Assembly (NCBI GenBank): GCA_965215195.1
Contig: CBDCDC010000002.1
Coordinates: forward strand, 3,808,001 to 3,872,000
Source: Candidatus Latescibacterota bacterium
GTDB lineage: Bacteria > Latescibacterota > UBA2968 > UBA8231
Direction: 5' to 3'
Length of the DNA: 64,000 nucleotides
Numbering within the stretch: position 1 is the first letter of the stretch; each line of letters starts with the position of its first letter. Shown one piece after another: positions 60,552 to 64,000 of the stretch. The position numbers were made by a program, and so were the translations under genes. Below the pieces are notes generated by a model. The model had not been told where the DNA came from. It made no database searches and was given only the letters and a program-made list of their open reading frames with translations.

Positions 60552-62301
60552 TGCATATAAACACATAAACACAGAAGATATCAGACGCCAACTCGATTTG
60601 GGGGAGGATAGCTACTGGGAGTTCAAGCAGGTCGAGTTCCGCGCCGATCGTCCGACTGCACCCAAACGAGACGATTTGGCAGATGAAATAGCGGCTTTTG
60701 CCAATACTGGCGGCGGTGTGCTGCTCTGTGGTGTCTCTGATGACGGTGCAGTACAGGGCATGTCGCGAGAACAAATGAACGCTTTGGAACGCATGGTCGT
60801 CGAGTTGTGTGCCCACTCGATCAAGCCGGCGCTCTTCGACGTAGCCATTACGCGCCACGAACTCGACGACAAAGCACTGTTGGTCGTCTCAGTAGCCAAA
60901 GGCACCGCCCAGCACGACAGTCCGGGTGGCAGCTTCCGGCGCGTCGGTAGTTCCAAACGACAGATGGCCAGCGCTGAGCGCATGCGCTTGGCTCAACAGC
61001 GCGGCCAAGCGCGTTATCGCTGGTTCGACGAGCAGCCCGTGCCGGATACCGGGTTCCGCACACTGGACGAAACACTTTGGAAACCGCTGCTCAGCGTGGG
61101 CGGGCGGGCCGATCCCGAAATGGCACTGGAAAAACTCGCCCTGTTGGGCAGGGATGAGGACGGTGCAATGCGAGCCACGGTGGCGGGGATTCTCCTGTGT
61201 ACCCACGCGCCTGAGGAGTGGCTTCCCAACGCTTGCATTACCGCGACCCACTATCGCGGTGCGGATCGGGCCTCCGGCCAATTCGATGCGCGGATCATCA
61301 CGGGTCCGATCAACCAACAGGTGGCGGACGCAATGGCCTTTGTGATGCGCAACATGCGCTTCGGGGCGTACAAGAAACCTGCCCGCCTAGACCTTCCGCA
61401 GTACAGTGCCGAAGCGCTTTTCGAGGCGTTGGTGAATGCCGTCGCCCATCGGGACTATTCGATCCGCGGCAGCCGGATTCGAGTGTCCATGTTTGCCGGC
61501 CGCCTAGAAATCAATTCGCCGGGTGGGCTGGCCAACAACCTCACCATTGACAGCATGGCAGCTCGGCAAGCGACGCGCAACGAAACCATCGCATCCGCGC
61601 TCGGACGAATGCCCGTTGGCGACATTCCCGGGTCTGAAAAGCGTCAATTCTTCATGGAGCGTCGCGGCGATGGTGTTCCCATTATCCTGCGCGAGACCGA
61701 GGCGTTGAGCGGGAACCCTCCTACGTATTGGCTGCTTGATGAGTCAGACCTCTTCCTGACGCTGCCCGCCGCGGCCACGAATGCCACGCCAGCCACTGTC
61801 GCGGTGACGGTGCGTCGAGATGGTCGCCCGCTCGCGGGTGCCGATTTGCTGGGGCTATTTCCCGACAACACTTGGCAACGAGCCACGACAGACGAGAACG
61901 GAGAAGCGGCGATGGACTTGTACGCGACGAACCTGCCCATGACTGTGTTCGTCGCCGCCAAGGGCTTTGCCGCACACCTTAAACGCGGGTGGGTCCCGGC
62001 GGATGGTGCGCTGGCCGTGGAACTCAAAGCCCTTTCCGGCGGCGGCGCAGTGATTTTTCCCGAGGCAACCGGTGCCATTCCGGGGCTCAAGGGGCAGCTC
62101 AATCCCATTCGCGGCCCCCATGACCGAACCTACCTCTATGCCTCGAACATCACCATCAACCACGGCGAGCACCAACCCGTTCACTTTTCTTTTGGTGAAG
62201 ACTTGCGGCTGATGGATGCCAATGGGGTCGAAATGTGGGGGCGCATCGTTCATATCGCAGGCAGATCATCACTGGTGGAGTATCGCGCAATAGAGCCGTG
62301 A
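60538..62301 (+). CDS. Schlafen/AlbA_2 plus HATPase_c_4 protein with an unusual beta-rich C-terminus
   Basis: WEFK, IAAFAN.GGG.L..GV.D, EA.VNA.AHRDY, SPG, RN, E.RG.G. Start ambiguous (TTG 60538 or frameshifted ATG 60548). Confidence 0.8.
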   Translation: MAKDDAYKHINTEDIRRQLDLGEDSYWEFKQVEFRADRPTAPKRDDLADEIAAFANTGGGVLLCGVSDDGAVQGMSREQMNALERMVVELCAHSIKPALFDVAITRHELDDKALLVVSVAKGTAQHDSPGGSFRRVGSSKRQMASAERMRLAQQRGQARYRWFDEQPVPDTGFRTLDETLWKPLLSVGGRADPEMALEKLALLGRDEDGAMRATVAGILLCTHAPEEWLPNACITATHYRGADRASGQFDARIITGPINQQVADAMAFVMRNMRFGAYKKPARLDLPQYSAEALFEALVNAVAHRDYSIRGSRIRVSMFAGRLEINSPGGLANNLTIDSMAARQATRNETIASALGRMPVGDIPGSEKRQFFMERRGDGVPIILRETEALSGNPPTYWLLDESDLFLTLPAAATNATPATVAVTVRRDGRPLAGADLLGLFPDNTWQRATTDENGEAAMDLYATNLPMTVFVAAKGFAAHLKRGWVPADGALAVELKALSGGGAVIFPEATGAIPGLKGQLNPIRGPHDRTYLYASNITINHGEHQPVHFSFGEDLRLMDANGVEMWGRIVHIAGRSSLVEYRAIEP

Positions 62302-62355
62302 AGCCAACGGCGCACAAATTGCCTTCGCTTGGATGGAGCGCATCGGCTGGCAGGC

Positions 62356-62389
62356 TTGACATCACTTAATAAGTAATTACTATAATTAC
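62356..62389 (+). promoter_or_regulatory. mazEF promoter with a palindromic operator
   Basis: TTGACA at 62356; the inverted repeat GTAATTA-CTA-TAATTAC (62373-62389) overlaps TACTAT/TATAAT. Confidence 0.65.
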
Positions 62390-62419
62390 AATTATTCTTT
62401 TCAGGAGAAGCTCCAAGCA

Positions 62420-62662
62420 ATGGCAACCAGAGATGTCAAGCTAATCTCCATCGGCAACTCTAAGGGCATTCGTCTTCCCAAGGTCCTGTTGCAGAAATAC
62501 GGCTGGGGAGATTCCCTTGTCCTCGAAGAAACCGAAGAAGGAATTTTTCTGTACAGCAACGAAAAGAACAAGCTCTCTTGGCAAGAGACCTACCACGCCA
62601 TGGCGGCTGACCGCGAAGACTGGAGCGATCTCGACACTACGGTAGCTGACGGTCTCGATTGA
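62420..62662 (+). CDS. mazE: AbrB/MazE-family antitoxin
   Basis: IGNSKGIRLPK. Confidence 0.88.
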   Translation: MATRDVKLISIGNSKGIRLPKVLLQKYGWGDSLVLEETEEGIFLYSNEKNKLSWQETYHAMAADREDWSDLDTTVADGLD

Positions 62663-62668
62663 TGATTG

Positions 62669-63001
62669 ATGGCGGCTTTTCCGAGGCGATACGCCATCTA
62701 CTTTGCCGATCTCAATCCCACTGTGGGGGGAGAAATCCGCAAGGTGCGTCCGGTGGTTGTGGTCAGTCAGAATGAGATGAATCAGTTTGTCGACACGGTC
62801 GTCGTCTGCCCTCTCACCTCCGCGTTGCATCCTCAGTGGCGTAGCCGGCTGCAAATCCAATGTGCGGGCAAGAAAGCTGAAATTGCCGTGGACCAGATTC
62901 GCACCATCAGCAAACAGCGGCTGAGGGACCAGATCGACAAATTGTCTGCCGAGGCAGCGGCCCAACTCCGTCGCCTTATTACGGAGATGTACGGAGAATA
63001 G
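62669..63001 (+). CDS. mazF: PemK/MazF-family toxin
   Basis: L.P..G.EI.K.RP..VVS, PLTS, DQIRTISK.RL. Confidence 0.9.
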   Translation: MAAFPRRYAIYFADLNPTVGGEIRKVRPVVVVSQNEMNQFVDTVVVCPLTSALHPQWRSRLQIQCAGKKAEIAVDQIRTISKQRLRDQIDKLSAEAAAQLRRLITEMYGE

Positions 63002-63044
63002 CGATCTAATCAAGTGTAGAGGAAAAGTGAATCGGCAGTGAAAC

Positions 63045-63269
63045 ATGAACATTAACACTGAATTCCTCACTCGCTGCATCCGCACTTTAGAGATGGCGTT
63101 GGAGCAGTTGCAACAGTACGATGTGGACGATATCTCCTACGACATCCGCAACGACACGGCGCACCAATACGGCGAGGGCTTCGCCGAGACGACGCTCAAG
63201 CTGCTGCCCCGCTTCATAGCCGACGCCAAGGAATTAGCTCGGGTCATAACGGAGGGATCGCATGCCTGA
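63045..63269 (+). CDS. HEPN protein (nucleotidyltransferase substrate-binding type), short and probably internally deleted
   Basis: RNDTAHQY (RX4H-Y) motif; only 74 aa; overlaps the MNT gene start. Confidence 0.65.
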   Translation: MNINTEFLTRCIRTLEMALEQLQQYDVDDISYDIRNDTAHQYGEGFAETTLKLLPRFIADAKELARVITEGSHA

Positions 63270-64000
63270 GCGTCTGGACTTGCCGCGCCGCTACCGGGAT
63301 CAGATCGAGGCCCTGCTACACGAGCACGTGCCCGGCGTGGAGGTGTGGGCTTACGGCAGCCGCGTCAGTGGCAGAAGCCACGAGGGCAGTGACTTGGACT
63401 TGGTGCTCAGAGGGCCGAGCCTGAAGCGGATACCGAGCGGCCAACTGGCGGATCTGATTGAGGCGTTGGAGGAGTCGAACGGCCCTATCCTTGTGCAGAC
63501 GCACGATTGGGCAAGGTTGCCGGAGCGCTCTCATTGGGAGATTGAGCGGGAGTATGTGGTGTTACAAGAGCAAGCGACGAATGAGCGCGATATTGAGGAT
63601 GGATGGCTAACCACGACCATCGGCGACTGCGCTGTACTCGTCCGCCAGATGGTTGCGCCATCGGCAGTAGGCGATGCCCCCTACATCGGTCTTGAACATA
63701 TCGGAGAGAACACTCTTCATCTTACAGACAATGGCGTAGCAAGCGATGTTGCCAGTACAAAAGCACAATTCCAACGCGGCGACATTCTTTTCGGAAAGTT
63801 GCGCCCATATTTTCGCAAGGTTGTTAGAGCACCTTTTGATGGCATTTGCTCCACAGACATTTGGGTTGTCCGCGCTCAAAAGAGTGTAGAGCAAGGATTT
63901 CTCTACTATTGCATGGCAAATCAGCCGTTTGTTGAGTTTGCGACATCTGGCTCCGAAGGCACTCGAATGCCGCGAGCAAATTGGGAGTATGTATCGCAAT
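63262..64000 (+). CDS. hsdS: Minimal nucleotidyltransferase fused to a Type I specificity subunit (runs off window)
   Basis: Stop-free manual translation from ATG 63262: VWAYGSRVSGRSHEGSDLDL (MNT), then GW....IGD, YIGLEHI, GDILFGKLRPY, STDI, GTRMPR (HsdS TRD). Absent from the ORF track. Confidence 0.85.
   Translation, partial: MPERLDLPRRYRDQIEALLHEHVPGVEVWAYGSRVSGRSHEGSDLDLVLRGPSLKRIPSGQLADLIEALEESNGPILVQTHDWARLPERSHWEIEREYVVLQEQATNERDIEDGWLTTTIGDCAVLVRQMVAPSAVGDAPYIGLEHIGENTLHLTDNGVASDVASTKAQFQRGDILFGKLRPYFRKVVRAPFDGICSTDIWVVRAQKSVEQGFLYYCMANQPFVEFATSGSEGTRMPRANWEYVSQ

Noticed and set aside
58842-60572. 576-aa antisense ORF
   Set aside because: Shadow of hsdM in GC-rich DNA with no recognisable motifs. 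The same applies to 7200-8321, 8852-10015, 3913-4827 and similar overlapping ORFs.
1-64000. CRISPR array, tRNA, rRNA, integron attC array
   Set aside because: No regularly spaced repeats, RNA gene signatures or integron integrase seen by eye. A covariance scan was not possible.

Overview
GC-rich bacterial chromosomal window. A TonB-dependent receptor implies a diderm; the phylum cannot be fixed from this sequence. 1-27.6 kb is mostly housekeeping: pssA, HtrA protease, truA, ecfT, an NMT1-type ABC transporter, xerD, uvrC, rlmI-like, an HD hydrolase, then ndk-yceD-rpmF-fabH-fabD-fabG-acpP-fabF-rnc, a lipoate ligase, oppDF, a PPIase, a beta-hydroxyacid dehydrogenase and NAD kinase. At the 3' end of the NAD kinase gene sits a ~5.1 kb low-GC islet bounded by a 16-bp direct repeat. 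It carries an IS5-interrupted EcsC-like gene, two tandem paralogues of an unknown PIN-like protein (one frameshifted) and a PD-(D/E)XK nuclease. Next come two epimerases, a DUF1538x2/PII-like/CBS operon, a TonB receptor with two enolase-superfamily genes, and an N-methylglutamate (methylamine utilisation) cluster, mgsABC-gmaS-mgdABC. That cluster is interrupted by a KpnI-like R-M pair and a hicBA cassette and ends at a Type IIG R-M gene. The window closes with higBA and a Type I R-M locus in which a Schlafen/AlbA_2-HATPase protein, mazEF and a HEPN gene lie between hsdM and an hsdS fused to an N-terminal minimal nucleotidyltransferase. The best candidates for undescribed systems are the PIN-like islet and the HEPN / MNT-HsdS / Schlafen-loaded Type I locus. 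All family calls come from motif recognition by eye; no database search was run.
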